Of a DNA stretch of 64,000 nucleotides, positions 25,963 through 39,127 are shown piece by piece. The first letter of the stretch is position 1, and each line of letters opens with the position of its first letter. Source of the stretch: Lama guanicoe (Eukaryota); the NCBI GenBank assembly GCA_013239625.1, contig MU054220.1, positions 5,158,587 to 5,222,586 of the forward strand, written 5' to 3'. The notes beneath the pieces were generated by a model, which saw only the letters and a program-made list of their open reading frames with translations, was not told the origin of the DNA and made no database searches. Made by a program: the position numbers and the translations under genes.

Positions 25963-26767
25963 CTTCTGTTAGTTTTTTGTTTTTTACAGCTGTTTAGGAG
26001 AATTTTAACCACTCTCATGAAATAAATTTCATAAGCCAATTTAATTTTTTTGCTTTCACATTTATATTTCTAAGTGCTGATGATGGACTTTTGGATCATC
26101 TCAGGCGTGGGTGCAAGTACAGTGAGAGTTTGAGATTTTAGGATATCTACTAGAAAGGTGCTTAGGATATGAGAGGGTGCAGCAGAGACAGAAAAAGAAG
26201 TGAGAAAGAGCTGCAGATGGCTTGCTTCAGAATTTAACTCTAGATTGAACCTAGTCCCTCCTCTTATTATAAAGGTGAAGTCAGCTAGTTTAATTCTTGC
26301 TGATCTGGGGTAGGAGATAGGTAGGGATGTCTGAGGTTAAGTTAGATCAGACTCTCAAAAGATAGACATGATGCCAGCTGTCTACAGGAATCAAGAGATG
26401 GGCACACAGAAGTATAGATGTTGGACAAAGAGGTAGATTTAATTTTTACTTTGTGTTTCAGATTCAAGATCATTGTGCCTGTCTCTCTTCCAAGACTGGA
26501 TTAGATTCCCTGACATGTGCTTACCTGCAGGTTACCTGCGTATAGTACCTGTGGGTAGTCCAGTTACTTGTTTTCATTTATATTTTTGAGGGCAGGGATC
26601 ATCCACAATCCTTTGACCATTGTATCCTCAGTGAATGGAAATTGTGAATAGTCAATATATGTTTGTTGAGTGAATGGATGGAGGTACATTGGAGCCCAAT
26701 TCAAAAGATAGGGAGAATGATGCAGGTCATTTATCTCCATTTTTTTCTTAAAGTGTATGAATATCAC

Positions 26768-27084
26768 TTTTTTTTGAATTGAAGTACAGTCAGTTGCAAT
26801 GTGTCAATTTCTGGTGTGCAGCACAATGTCCCAGTCATGCATATACATACATATATTTGTTTCCATATTCTTTTTCATTAAAGGTTATTACAAGATATTG
26901 AACACAGTTCCCTGTACTATACAGAAGAAGCTTTTAAAAAAATTATTTCTATATATAGTGGCTATCATTTGTAAATCTTAAACTCTCAAATTTATTCCTT
27001 CCCACCCCCTTTCCTCAGTAACCATAAGATTGTTTATTATGTCTGAGAGTCTGTTTCTGTTTTGTAGATGAATTCACAGTGTCT

Positions 27085-27127
<43 letters not shown>

Positions 27128-27613
27128 CTCTTTCTTTCTTTCTCTTAAGATTCAACATAAGAGTGATATCATATGGTATTTTTCGTTTTCTTTCTGGCTT
27201 ACTTCACTTAGAATGATGATCTCTAGGTCCATCCATGTTGTTGCAAATGGAATTATTTTATTCTTTTTTTATGGCTGAGTAGTATTCCATTGTGTAAATA
27301 CACAACTTCTTTATCCAGTCATCTGTCAAGGAAATTTAGGTTGATCCATGTCTTGGCTATTGTATGTAGTGCTGCTATGAACATTGGGGTACATGTATTT
27401 TTTTGATTAGAGTTCCTTCAAGATATATGCCCGGTAGTGGGACTGCTGAACCATATGGTAAGTCTATTTTTAGTTTTTTAAGGAATCACCATACTGTTTT
27501 CCATACTGGCTACACCAAACTACATTCCCAACAACAGTGTAGGAGGGTTCCTTTTCTGTACCCTCTTCAGCATTTATTGTTTATGGACTTTTTAATGATG
27601 GCTATTCTGACTG
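26768..27613 (-). mobile_element. 5'-truncated LINE-1 (ORF2 C-terminus and 3'UTR, with an internal (TTTC)n)
   Basis: gtgctgctatgaacattggggtacatg and catccatgttgttgcaaatgg; poly-T at 26768. Confidence 0.9.
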
Positions 27614-30600
27614 AAATTTCTGCCTCTTGAAACAAGAACTCTTCCTAGCACATGTTGGGAAAAACTTGAGGATGTGTGGGAAAAACTTAAATATAAGAAG
27701 GTTATTGAATGTGTAATTTCCACTTGATAAGGATCACATAACTGATCTAATTTCCTTCCACAGATTCTGGAGAAGATTAATTACTAATGTTGAATAGAAG
27801 AAGAGAGCTAGAGACCTGGGTGCCTTGGTGCATCAGGCACCATGTGAAGGCTCTGTAGTCAGTGTTGACCAATCCAGCTCAGAAGGGAGTATCATCTCCA
27901 TTTTTCTGTTGGGAAAACTGAGACTCAAAGAAAGCAAATATGTTACCCAAGTTCTCATAGACAATAGATGTTAAAACAATGGATTTCAAACTAGGAAGCC
28001 TGTGTAAGCTTCTCTTCTTGTATCATTCTAGGTGAAGAGTCAACTGCTCCTCCCCTCCTGTGTCCAGCAAGGCCTAGGCAAGACTGGGAGCCCTTTGGCC
28101 TCTTGCAGATCTTTGCGTGACCCATATAAGCTACAGGAGACTTAGTAATAGACTCAGTAGTAGAGAAATTGGTTGGTCTCCTTTCCCTTATTCTATTGCG
28201 TAGCTAAGTCAAAAATTGTCATTCTGTGATACTACCCTGTAGTTTTGCTGTGTTTCCCACCCCCCTCCACTGTTTGTGGTGGTTAGTAATCCCCATGTAA
28301 GTAAGAGATCATGTAGGATGAAAGGAAATTTAAGACCCAGTTATCTAAGGTGCTCTGTGGTGATGTTAGTATTTCTTGGTTGAAACTTGGTCTCAGAGGA
28401 GTGGTGAGTAACTGGATAAAGCAGGATATTTTGATGCCAGTGTTCTGACATTTTATAACTGTTAGCTTTTGTGTTATTTTTCTCCCTGAGAAAATGAATA
28501 TTTCTGATCTTTGCCAGTAATGTTTGATGAAGGTTAATGGTACCAGTTTCCATTTCTAGTTTAAAAAAAGCAAATTGCAATTTTTTGGGCGCCAGTAGAA
28601 TTATCTACTTTGTTGTCCTAAAAATACCTTCCAAATTTCAGCTTTTGACAGCTGTCATGAGGCATTTGCTTGTATCAACAATATAACCACACACTATCAT
28701 ATTTATTGTACTTAACATTAATTTTTATAGTGTTTATTATGTGCAAGGCCCTATTCTCTGTGTATATATTTACAATCATTGACTCTGTAATCCTCTCAAC
28801 ATCTTTGTAAGTGGGGACCTATTATTATACCCAATTTGCAAAGGAAAAAACTAAGGCACAAAGAAATGAAATAAATGTGTCCCAGATCACATATTTCCAA
28901 AGTTGCAGAGCCAGCACTCACACCCAGGCAGTCTGTCTCCCGAACTCACACAATTAACACTGTCCTTGGCTACCTCTCTGATGTATCAAGAAATGATAAA
29001 ACATATCCTCCTGACAGCCAGAGGGATCTCTTCTTACAATACCAGCGCTGACCAACCAGATCATTCCTTTCATCTTGATTAGAATTCTCAGTTCGTGCTT
29101 AGCTGCTCTTGTTTGGTATGCTATTTTCAAAGTGATCTGAGGTATAAGGACAGTTTGAGCAGTCTCAGACATTGCAGACATTCTCAAATGCAGAACTTGA
29201 TGTTTTAGTAAAGTTAAATAATAAGCCCCATAGATGTCAGAATTGCTGGGAAATTGGTTATGACCTAAAACAGACGGTGGAAGAATTGGTCATCATAAAA
29301 GTTTATCTCTGGTTTGTTGATTTAGCATGACTGAAAGATAAGCAAAATATACAATCATTGCAAAGTCTGTTGAATTGCTATCAGAATGGTTGACAATAAA
29401 ATGGTTGACTCAAAAGAGGTGATGTGTAAAATATCTTGAGTCTAAGGAGCGATGTGATGAGCTGACAGTGAGATTTGGCGGGACTGGAGCATAGGTTGTG
29501 GATATAGTGGGGAGAATGGCAGAACATGAGGCTGAAGTGGTGCAGTGAGAGGGGGTAAATTTGGGTGGATTTTAGCTGATGGGAAATGGGGAGTCGCTGA
29601 AGTATCTAAAACAGACACTGACATCATTAAGTATGGATTCTAAGGCATCCCTTTAGAACCAGCATTGGGGATTGATGGTTTTCTAGAGGCAGAAAATCAG
29701 TTGTTCTTTTCTACTCTCTGGTTTATTTTGTGATTGCACCTGGCTTGGACCCTTAAGGATCCTCAGGATAAAGATGGTAGATCCTAATCAGCTCTGCCTT
29801 TCCCAGTCCAGAAGGCCCTAGATAATGCTCCTTGGAGGAATTCAGTATCTGAACAATGGTCAATTTTTATCGATGTGATAATTTTGTGTCATTATAAAGC
29901 AATGTCTATCGACCTTTGAGACTTACAGATGTGGTAAATCAGATTTGTTTGGAACCCCAAAATGCCAGGAGTCTGCCAAGGAAATAATGAAGGGTCATTT
30001 ATCCTGCTGAGAGTCTCCTTAAAGGGAATCAATAACCTCATTGTAAAGAAAAATTGCATCATTGCTGTGAGGCCCCTTTCCATGTGAGTAATGCTCTGTG
30101 GGTGCATTTTCGCTGCCACTTATAGAATGCTTCCTCATGACAGGCCCTGACCACATGCTGACAGACAGGAGCTCATTTTGTTTAAGATGGGTTTTATTGC
30201 TCCCATTTTAAGATGAGGATACTGAGGCCAGCAAATTTAACAGTTTGCTCACTATCACACAGTAAATAATAGGGGATTTGAACCTGGGTTATCAGACACC
30301 AAAGACCTTATACTATACTGGTGTGTGAAAGTACGTATGTGTAAGTGTCCGTGTTCATATGGTCGGGGAAGTTTTTGGAGAGCAAATTGTGAGTCAGAAC
30401 CAGACAATGCTGCTAAATGATGTTATGCCCACTAAGCAGCAGTCATGTTTCCTAAGGTGGTAGTCTTTAGCAGGCTTGAAGGAAGTAAATAACTTGCTTT
30501 GGAGTGATCATTTAAATTGTGTATTGGAAGTAATTATTTGAAGAGTCAAATGTAATGAAGTTAATTGCTTATATGACATGCTTTTGAAGTAGGTCAGAGT

Positions 30601-30649
30601 GATTGAGTCTCTCTGTTAACTCTCAGCCTTAATATATAAAAGTATTTAA

Positions 30650-30885
30650 CACTTAAATGGTGCTTATTATGTGCCAGGCATTATTCTAAGCACCTGGCAT
30701 TTTAAAATGAAATCTTTTAATCCCTAGCACTCTTTGAGGTAGACACTATTATTAAGCATCTCCATTTTACAGATGAGAAAACTGAGTCCCGAGAGATAAG
30801 TAACTTGCTCAAGGTCGTACAATTAAGTGGCAGAGGTGAGATTCAAACCAGTGCAGTTTGGCCCTCAAATCCATGCTCTGTACTG
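30650..30885. mobile_element. MIR SINE
   Basis: ccattttacagatgagaaaactgag...aagtaacttgctcaaggtc. Further MIR remnants lie near 1250-1650, 15020-15260, 17910-18370, 21080-21280, 22715-22830, 27830-27990, 28720-28950, 30190-30310, 33760-33860 and 59880-60090. Confidence 0.85.
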
Positions 30886-32384
30886 CTTCTGTTTATCATT
30901 ACCCGCTAAAACCAACTCATTTAAGGGGCCCCCTTGTCCTCCCCAGAACAAGGCCATAATCTTGAGCAGCTCATAAAGATTTGTTACAGGTGCCTGTCTC
31001 TAAGATGACTCTTCTGCTGCTTTCTCTTGGCCCTGTGACCCCTGGACCCCAGGACTGCCTAGGCAGACAGTTGCTGCAGAGGGTTCCTGACACCCAGGCG
31101 GTGGGCTTTTTTTCTGTCTTCGTTTCTTTTCACCAACCTGGATTCCAGATCCAGGCTGATGATAATAAATTCCCAGTGACTTACTGGCTATTCCTTTGTT
31201 GTGACTAATGTGTTTAATGGTTGGAGAACTGGTGGCTAAGGTGGAGGCATATGGTGCCCACTGGGATTTACCCTGTACTTTACCAAACAGATCACAGGTG
31301 GAATTTGAGGTGACCTGGCATGCCTTGTCTACTATTACAATGTAAGTTATTGGAGGGCAGGGATGGCATTTGCCTTGCATCTGTGTGTCTCTGCCTCAAG
31401 TATAGTGCTTGGCTCATAGTAGGTATTTTATCCATTACTTATTTGATCCATCAGACTTCTAATGGGCCTTCAAAACCCAGAACATCATCATTCTCTGTAG
31501 ATTTTCCTGATTTCTCATGTATCTACTCCATCTTTGCAGAACTAATTACTCCTTCATCTAGGTTCTTAATACTATAGGACTTATGACAAATTATGTTAGT
31601 TGTCTTTGTCTTAGTATCTTTACCTATAAATTGGGGATAAAGGGTACTATCCACCTCTCAGTTGTGAATATTTTAATGAAATTACATGAAAAACATTTTG
31701 CTAACTTTAGCATGATCATGATAGAGAAATGATAATAATTTTATCTGCTAAACAGAAAGTTTCCTAAGGGATAGGGACTATTATTTTACGTTTCTGTATC
31801 TACATATCTTTGCCTTAAATAACCCTAAAGGAGGTTTACAGTTGAAGGTATAAGTTATTTGATTATTTTAGGGGAAATAATGGCACAAAGACTCTGTGGT
31901 TCTAGGGATATTTCAGTGGTACCTCAGTAATCTTTCCATCAGCTGAGAAGTGTGAGTAGTCTAAGAAGAATCTGAAAAGGTTTTTTTTTTTTAGAACTCA
32001 GAATACTTGTTTTTATTTTTTGTAATAGAAAAAGTTATATCAAATATTTAGCACAATGGATTAGATTTTGAAAAATGTACATATTCTTCAGAGTGAATGT
32101 TTACCGTGAGAAAATCACTTAACCTCTTGGGCCTAGAGTCCAAAACTAAAAGTTGGTTGGGATAGATGATCACATTGAATAAATTCTGTAAGTCTTTACA
32201 GAGACAAAACAGTTTTATTTAACTAGCATATTATTTTATACTAAGTTAAACAGGAGCATAGGATGGGCTTTGTTCCTTAGAATTTGGCTCTCCTGACTGA
32301 ATTATATTATTTTTTTTAGATGATTGATGCTTTACATATGAGAATCATAGTTGCCCATCATAAGCTTTTATTAAAATGTAGGAT

Positions 32385-32722
32385 TTTTAAAAATTGAGTT
32401 ATAGTCAGTTTACAGTGTTGTGTCATTTTTCCAGTATAGAGCACAATTTTTCAGTTATACATGAACATACATATATGTTCATTGTCACATCCTTTTTCAC
32501 TGTGAGCTACAAGATCTTGTATATATTTCCCTGTGCTATACAGTATAATCTTGTTTATCTATTCTACATATGCCTGTCGGTATCTACAAATTTCGAACTA
32601 CCAGTCTGTGCCTTCCCACCCCTTTCCCCCCGTCAACCACAAGTTTGTATTCTACGTCTATAAGTCTGTTTCTGTTTTGTATTTATGTTAATTTCTTCCT
32701 CCCTTCCTTCCCTCCCTCCCTC

Positions 32723-32771
<49 letters not shown>

Positions 32772-32900
32772 TCTCTTTCTCTCTTTCTTTCTCTTTCTCT
32801 CTTTCTCTTTCTCTCTTTCTTTTCCATATATGAGCATCTCATATAGTATTTTTCTTTCTTTTTCTGGCTTACTTCACTTAGAATGACATTCTTCAGGGAC
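32385..32900 (-). mobile_element. Young L1 3'UTR fragment containing a (TTTC)n/(TC)n microsatellite (32695-32822)
   Basis: Closely matches the L1 3' end at 52619-52815 (gagcacaatttttcagttatac...cagtataatcttgtttatctattctaca). Confidence 0.9.
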
Positions 32901-34599
32901 TGATAAGGTTAGTCATAAAAGTAAGTGCTTCTGTCCTCACATCACTAAGTCAGATCAATATACACTTTCTCTTGGATAATTCTGAGGGCTGCTTAATTTA
33001 GTGATGCTAATGATTTTAATGACAATCTGAAGTTGAATTTCTCAGACCCCCTACTAAGGAAGGCGGAGACCTAAGAAATCATTTACCACTCCAGGTGAGA
33101 CTTGTAAAACTCTTGGCCACGTAACTGGGGAATTTGCATATTAATTCTCAAACTGGGGGAGTATTGAGGCTGCAGAAATGATGTCTGATCTGGAGGAAGT
33201 GGCCTGAAGCTAGAAAAAGCTGGATGCTTATTTCCTTTGTTGGTTGAATCTCTTAGAAATTGCCCTGAAGTCATTCTGAAAAAAGATGTCTGGTCTAATC
33301 CTTCATGACTCGACCTCTTTGCCTCACATTTAAGCAGGACGCACACACCAGTTTGGTGGAATAGCCTTTATTGATGATACTGATGATGGCTACCGTTATT
33401 TAGAACAACAACTGGGATCATTTAAAAAGGCTAGCGTTAACCCTTGGCCTTGCTCTCAGCATTAGAATTTTTGTTTGGCTTCCCCATCAGAGGAAATAGC
33501 AGAAGAAATGTTGAAGATGGAAAATAAGATCATACTAGCTTTTATTACACAAGCTGAATATTGTCTCTGCAGACTTTGAACTTGGGGATGTTTTGTAAGC
33601 AATTTTACGTGACAATTCTTTAAGCAGATCAGCCCCAGTTTAGCCAAGTGATATATTGGATGAGGGAGGAAATCGTCTTAACACTTTTGAATGCACACTG
33701 AATTGTAGGCCTTTGGGGCTCTCTTATCCCAGCATCACTATAAGCAGAGAACTTTCATTCACAGATGCAGAAATGGGGACTCAGAGGTGAAGAGACTTGT
33801 CCAGCGTCACATGGCTGGTGAATCAGGCTTGGGACACAGGTTCATTTCTGGTCTTTTCCACTAGGCTCCATTGGGAGCCTGGGTTCTAGGAGGTGCATTA
33901 AGCTCCTCCCCTCTCACTACTTCTTCCAACCTAGTGGATGTGAAAAGATGGGAAGGGCTCAGAGTGGAGAATTAGCAGAGACATCCTCCCCAGCTTCTGA
34001 GTGCTTATGAACTGTGAAGGGCTGTGTCATCTGTGGGTAACTATCCACCAGTGTCAATTCAGATGATGTTGAAGTAATAGATGAAGTGTCAGTACAGTTA
34101 GGAGTTTTTGTTCTCTGGCCCTGTGCTCTTGCAATCACAGGTTCTGCTTCTAGGTTCAGAGTTGCCTTTCTTTGATCACTGCCCATCACAGTGGGGCTGG
34201 AGTGTGTAAACACTGCAGGCATCTCTTCACAGGCATTAACTGTTTGTTTGGAGAATTAATTTATGTGACTCTAAAGGAGTATTGATTTGAGTTAGGTGAT
34301 TAAAGGCACTCAGTACAGAACCCGCTCAATCTATTTACCACTGATTATGGAAAGGGATATATCAATCTTTTCTCATCAAACAACTCTTCCTTTGCCTAAA
34401 CCCCTCTGCTGTTCTGCTGCCCTAGGAGTTTCAATTAGGTTAAGAGGCAGAATTCTTTGCCTCCTGGGTAGGTGTGGAAAGGAGGAGCAGCAGTGCAGAG
34501 TGCTCTGGAAAGCAGAAGGAAGAAATGGCTTAACCTTTAAACTAGTGGTATAAGCTTGGAAAACAGAAATTACAGCCCCCTTCATCTTTTCCTTCTCTC

Positions 34600-35320
34600 T
34601 CATCTAATCATTTTCTGATTCTATATCCCAAATGTTTTCCAGATTGATTCTCCTTCCTTGCCTCTGGTGCTATCCTGGTTCAGATCGTGATTGTTCTACC
34701 TGAACGACTGCCATAGCCCCTTAACTGACCCACCCCTTTCTCCAGTCTCTCCTCCACCCTGCCACTGGCTGTCTTTTCAAAATCAAGTTCTAGTGATATC
34801 TGGAATATCTCTTGCTCCTCTGTTTGAAAGGTATTAGTCTCCTCATTCATTACCAATAGGATGAATTCTGAACTTATTAATAAGGTCCATAAGGTCCTTC
34901 ATAACCTGAACTTAGCTTATAGGACTGATTTTGTCCTCAGCCACCCTCACATATACTGGGATCATCATCGTATGGCCTGTCATTTGTTGAAGAGACCATT
35001 TACTCCTGCGTTTCTGCATCTTTATCTTTTTTCCTTGGGAACTCACATTTATCTTCAAATTTCACCTCAGCCACGCAAATGTAAAGCCTTTGCTGTTTCC
35101 CACAGCCACAAAGCATTAAACTCCCTCATTTGTCCCCCTTCTCACACAGTATTTTGGGTGGATCTTTACTTAACATTTTTAACATTATCTTTTTAGTACT
35201 TTTCTTTCTTTCTTTTTTTTTTTTACTGCAGTGTGAGTTCCTTGAGGACAGAAATCATGACTTATTCATTCTGGTGTTTCCAGAGTCTACTGGAGAGTCT
35301 AATGCATATTAAATGATTGA
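34600..35320. mobile_element. L2 LINE fragment
   Basis: L2 3'-like sequence ending tgtgagttccttgaggacagaaatcatgacttattcat. Confidence 0.5.
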
Positions 35321-35339
35321 CTGGAGTGTTTTTCAGTAA

Positions 35340-35695
35340 AAATTTGCCTTCATTCTTTTCTTCTTGGGGGTTGGTATATACTTTTTTTGCCTCACTGACT
35401 TTGAGCTTAGCGGTATGACTTCCTTGGCCAGTGGAATGTGAACAGACTTGATGTAAGCAGAAGTTTTAAATGTGTCTAGATGGCTTGTCTTTTTGTGCTC
35501 CTGTGAGCCACTAGAGCTGCTGGTCCAAGGCAACTGGGGACATACATGGTAGAGATTAGAACAAAATCAAAAGCTTGTCCTGAGTTCAGCCAACCTGAAG
35601 ATCTGTGAGCAAGAAATAAGTGCTGTTGCTTTAAGTCATTGGGCTTCAGGGTAGTTTGTCACTCAGTATTATTACAGGAATGGCTGACTAATGTT
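35340..35695 (+). mobile_element. MaLR (MLT1) LTR remnant
   Basis: tgactttgagcttagcggtatgacttccttggccagtggaatgtg...ggctgactaa. Confidence 0.65.
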
Positions 35696-35741
35696 TGAAC
35701 CAGTCAATACATGGGTGAGTAATACAGAGTTTATAGGATCA

Positions 35742-36058
35742 TGTTATGGTCGGAATGTCTGTGTCCTCTCTAAATTCCTATGTTGAAATCCTAGCCCCCA
35801 AATATGATGGTGGAGCCCTCATGAATGGGATTATTGCCTCATAAAAGAGACCCCACGGAAATCCCTTGCCCCCTTCCATCAAGTGAGGACACAGCTAGAA
35901 GGCAGCTGGCTATGAACTAGGAAGAAAGCCCTCATCAAAGTGTGACCATGCTGGTGACTTGATCCTGGACTTGACAGCCTCCAGAAGTGTGAGAAAGAAA
36001 TGTTTGTTGTTACTCATTCTGAGGTATTTTGTTATAGCAGCCCAACCAGACTAAGACA
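35742..36058 (+). mobile_element. MaLR (MLT1A-like) solo LTR
   Basis: tgttatgg...tatgttgaaatcctagccccc...cagcctccagaagtgtgaga...gactaagaca. Imperfect 5-bp TSD gatca/gatga. Confidence 0.85.
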
Positions 36059-38589
36059 GATGAGTGAGATAAAAGGATGAGAGAGGAAGAGCTCAGAAAT
36101 TATGAACTGAATCTCTATGCATTTATTTCTTGGGAAAGCATGACATTAGGACCTGATGATAACTTGTCATCCTTGGGAAGTTCAGGTTGGGACTATTTGA
36201 AGTTGTGGTGGTATCATAAACTTCATTGGAAAACATTTCATCTTAGTTTTATAAGCCTGGGATGGAGGCTGAAGCATACAAATTTTACAACTCTAAGAAA
36301 TTAAGTTTCTCACGTGATTATTTATCATGGAAAACATAATCAGAAGGTAAATCTTCTGGGAAGAAAGTCACATAATGAATTCCAAATCCTAATAGAAATT
36401 ATTATTGGATTGTAAACTCTTTTGGATTAACCATGCCACTGTTCCCCTTCATTAGTGTGGATAATTAAAAGTTAACTGTGTGTCATTTTCTTGGTATTTA
36501 TGAATATTGTTGTACAAATGGTGTGATTGGTATGGCCTATGCCTGGTTGTTTTCTTAGTTAGGGCATTCAGTAAAAGAGTTCAGCATTGAAGTACTGAGA
36601 CATAAATGGATTTATGGAGTTTGCCTTCATAATCTCAAGTGCATGCCAGAAAGACCTATTGAGAATGTGTGACTGAACAAATATAGCATTTATTTTAGCT
36701 TCAGAAATCATGTAGCGTGTAACACATAGTAGGAATTAAGTACTTTTTCGAAAGAGATTCAAATTATGTACAGTGAGAGAAATGAAAGATGGAGAATGGA
36801 ATCAGCACTTGCATGTGGGATAGTTCCTGAGCTCAAATTGCCTTTATTCCTGGATGTGAGTCTGGCAGGAGAGATTAGGTTGGACCAGCCACCCTTGGAG
36901 AACTCATGATGTAGGGAGGTGACTAATGAAGCACAATCTATCCTGCATTGTGTTTCCTGCCTCAAAGGACCCAAGGTTCTTGAACCCTGCAGGGTTAACC
37001 TCTTAATTTTTGAATTCATGGTCAGAAATTAAGTTTCCTGCTTGAATATTAATCTTTCAAATGAGAAAAATGTCACAAGTTGTTGGTTTGATTTGAATTA
37101 ATAGGGTCATGTTTGTATTTTGAGTAGAGAAAATTACATGCTTTAAGGTGTAAATTTGTTCTTTCTGTTCTTAGCTTGTTGAAATATTGTGACATTAGGA
37201 ATTGTGCTAGTGTATCATTTGACCTGTCTTGGTCTCCTCTTCTCAATATGAGGTTATTGCATCTCCTTTAGAGTTGGCCTGCTGTTAATTTAGGGCACAA
37301 AAAGATGTCATAACCTATTACTATGAAGTTTCCTCCATAACATTTGCTCCTGTGACTTTTTTCTTTGTCCACCCAGCACATCTCCCCAGTAACCCTGAGA
37401 AGCTCTTTGGTCGTTGGAAATGCCATTAGAAACTTCAAGAAAACTTTATTGAAGTCTGGGGAAGGCAGTGCTTGTGGTAAAATAGGATTTCTTCCACTTG
37501 AGAACCTAATACTTGTCCTGTTTCATTAAGACGCTCCCCCAAAGCATAATCTCCACAGAGGCTTTAAATTTCCACTCCTTAACAACTTTAGAATATGTAT
37601 GTCACTCAGTCAAGGGCTGGACAGAGCTGAATTCACATCTACCTTAATAATTATCTGGAACATTGGCTGTAATGAGAGAAGATTATTATGTGACAGCACA
37701 ACTGGATTCTGTAATGTGTCTTTAATAGAAACTCTGTTCCTCAGCTGCTTTCCTGGGTTGCTGTAAATCAGGATAGACCTATAAGAAATTGGCCTCAATA
37801 AGATATCATACAACAAATACACATTCAAATGCAGAGTTACAGAGGCTGAGGATGGAGAGCGGCTCCTGGACAAAAGTTAACTCTTCATCCTTGGACAATT
37901 AGTCAGGGAAAGAATCTAGAGAAATCTGAGCTGATGGAAGAAGGAGTTAGCTTCTTGTATCTCATTACAGAAATTCTTTGATTTCTTCTTTTTTGGGCAA
38001 TTTTGGAGGCTGGATACCATTCTCCTAGCATATGCAGAACATCAAAAGGGAGTAAACAGCTTTTCCACTGGCTTAGGGTCCTTATAATAAGAGATCTAGA
38101 GAATGAACTAAAATAAATACTTCTGCAATTGTTATCAGTGCAAGAGGACCATAAATTCCTTTTTAAGACTTTTATTGTCAGTTTCGGCATAAGTTATGGT
38201 TTGTCTGAAACACTTTGAAGTCTGCTTAGGTTAATAACTGTTCTGTTGCTAAATGTAGTCTCCTTTGCATTATCTGCCCCTCCCTCCAGGATAAATTTGA
38301 GAATCACTCCTGACTGCCTGGTGGAGGAGATAAACAGTTTCCTTTTAAGCCTGTGTGGTGGTGGTGAGGATAATGCTATCATTGTCTTTGAATTACCATT
38401 TTGATGTGCAAATTTCAGTCTTCCGAAATAGAAACAGGTAGGCATATCTATTCAGTGTCTTGTTCTGTTTTCATCTGAATTCAGATCCTCACTCTGTCCT
38501 GGAATCTCCTACCTTTTCCAGTGTTATCTTCTGGAACTCCTTTGGAAGAAGTTTCTTCATGTCACAAATTTATCTTTGAATTTTTTTCC

Positions 38590-38766
38590 CTCTCTTTTTT
38601 CCTCTTTTTCTAAGAACACCAGTGAGTTTGGATTAAGGCTCATCCTGATGGCCTTGTTTTTAACTTAATTACCTCTTCAAAGCTCCATCTCTAAATATAG
38701 TCATGTTCTGAAGTACCAGGGGTTAGGGCTTCAACAAATTTTGGAGGCACGTTTCAGCCCATAACA
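38590..38766 (-). mobile_element. MaLR LTR fragment
   Basis: ggattaaggctcatcctgatggcc...ggggttagggcttcaaca...ttcagcccataaca. Confidence 0.7.
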
Positions 38767-39044
38767 TACCCAAGCCCACCTAACCCACGTATCCATCCTT
38801 CTTTCCCACAGAGGGTGAACCATATCTCCTGCTATAGTCAAGACCAAATCCTCCCTCATCTAAGCTCCTTGTCCCCAATCTCCTTTGAGACTTTGCTCCA
38901 ACATTACCTCCTACCACTCTCAAACCCCATTTTCCCCCTTACATCTTCATCCTCTCTCTCATCATTGGATCTTTTTCTTTTTCTTTCTTTTTTTCACTGG
39001 CTCTTTTATATTTGTCCAATAATATGTTCCTGTCTTCCATTCTT

Positions 39045-39127
39045 TTTTTTTATTGAAGTATAGTTAGTTAAAATGTGTCAATTTCTGGTGTACAGTAGAA
39101 TATATATGCATGACTGGAACATTATGT
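39045..39127 (-). mobile_element. Short L1 3'-end fragment with 14-bp TSD
   Basis: tttattgaagtatagttag...tttctggtgtacag is flanked by tgtcttccattctt at 39031-39044 and 39128-39141. Confidence 0.8.
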
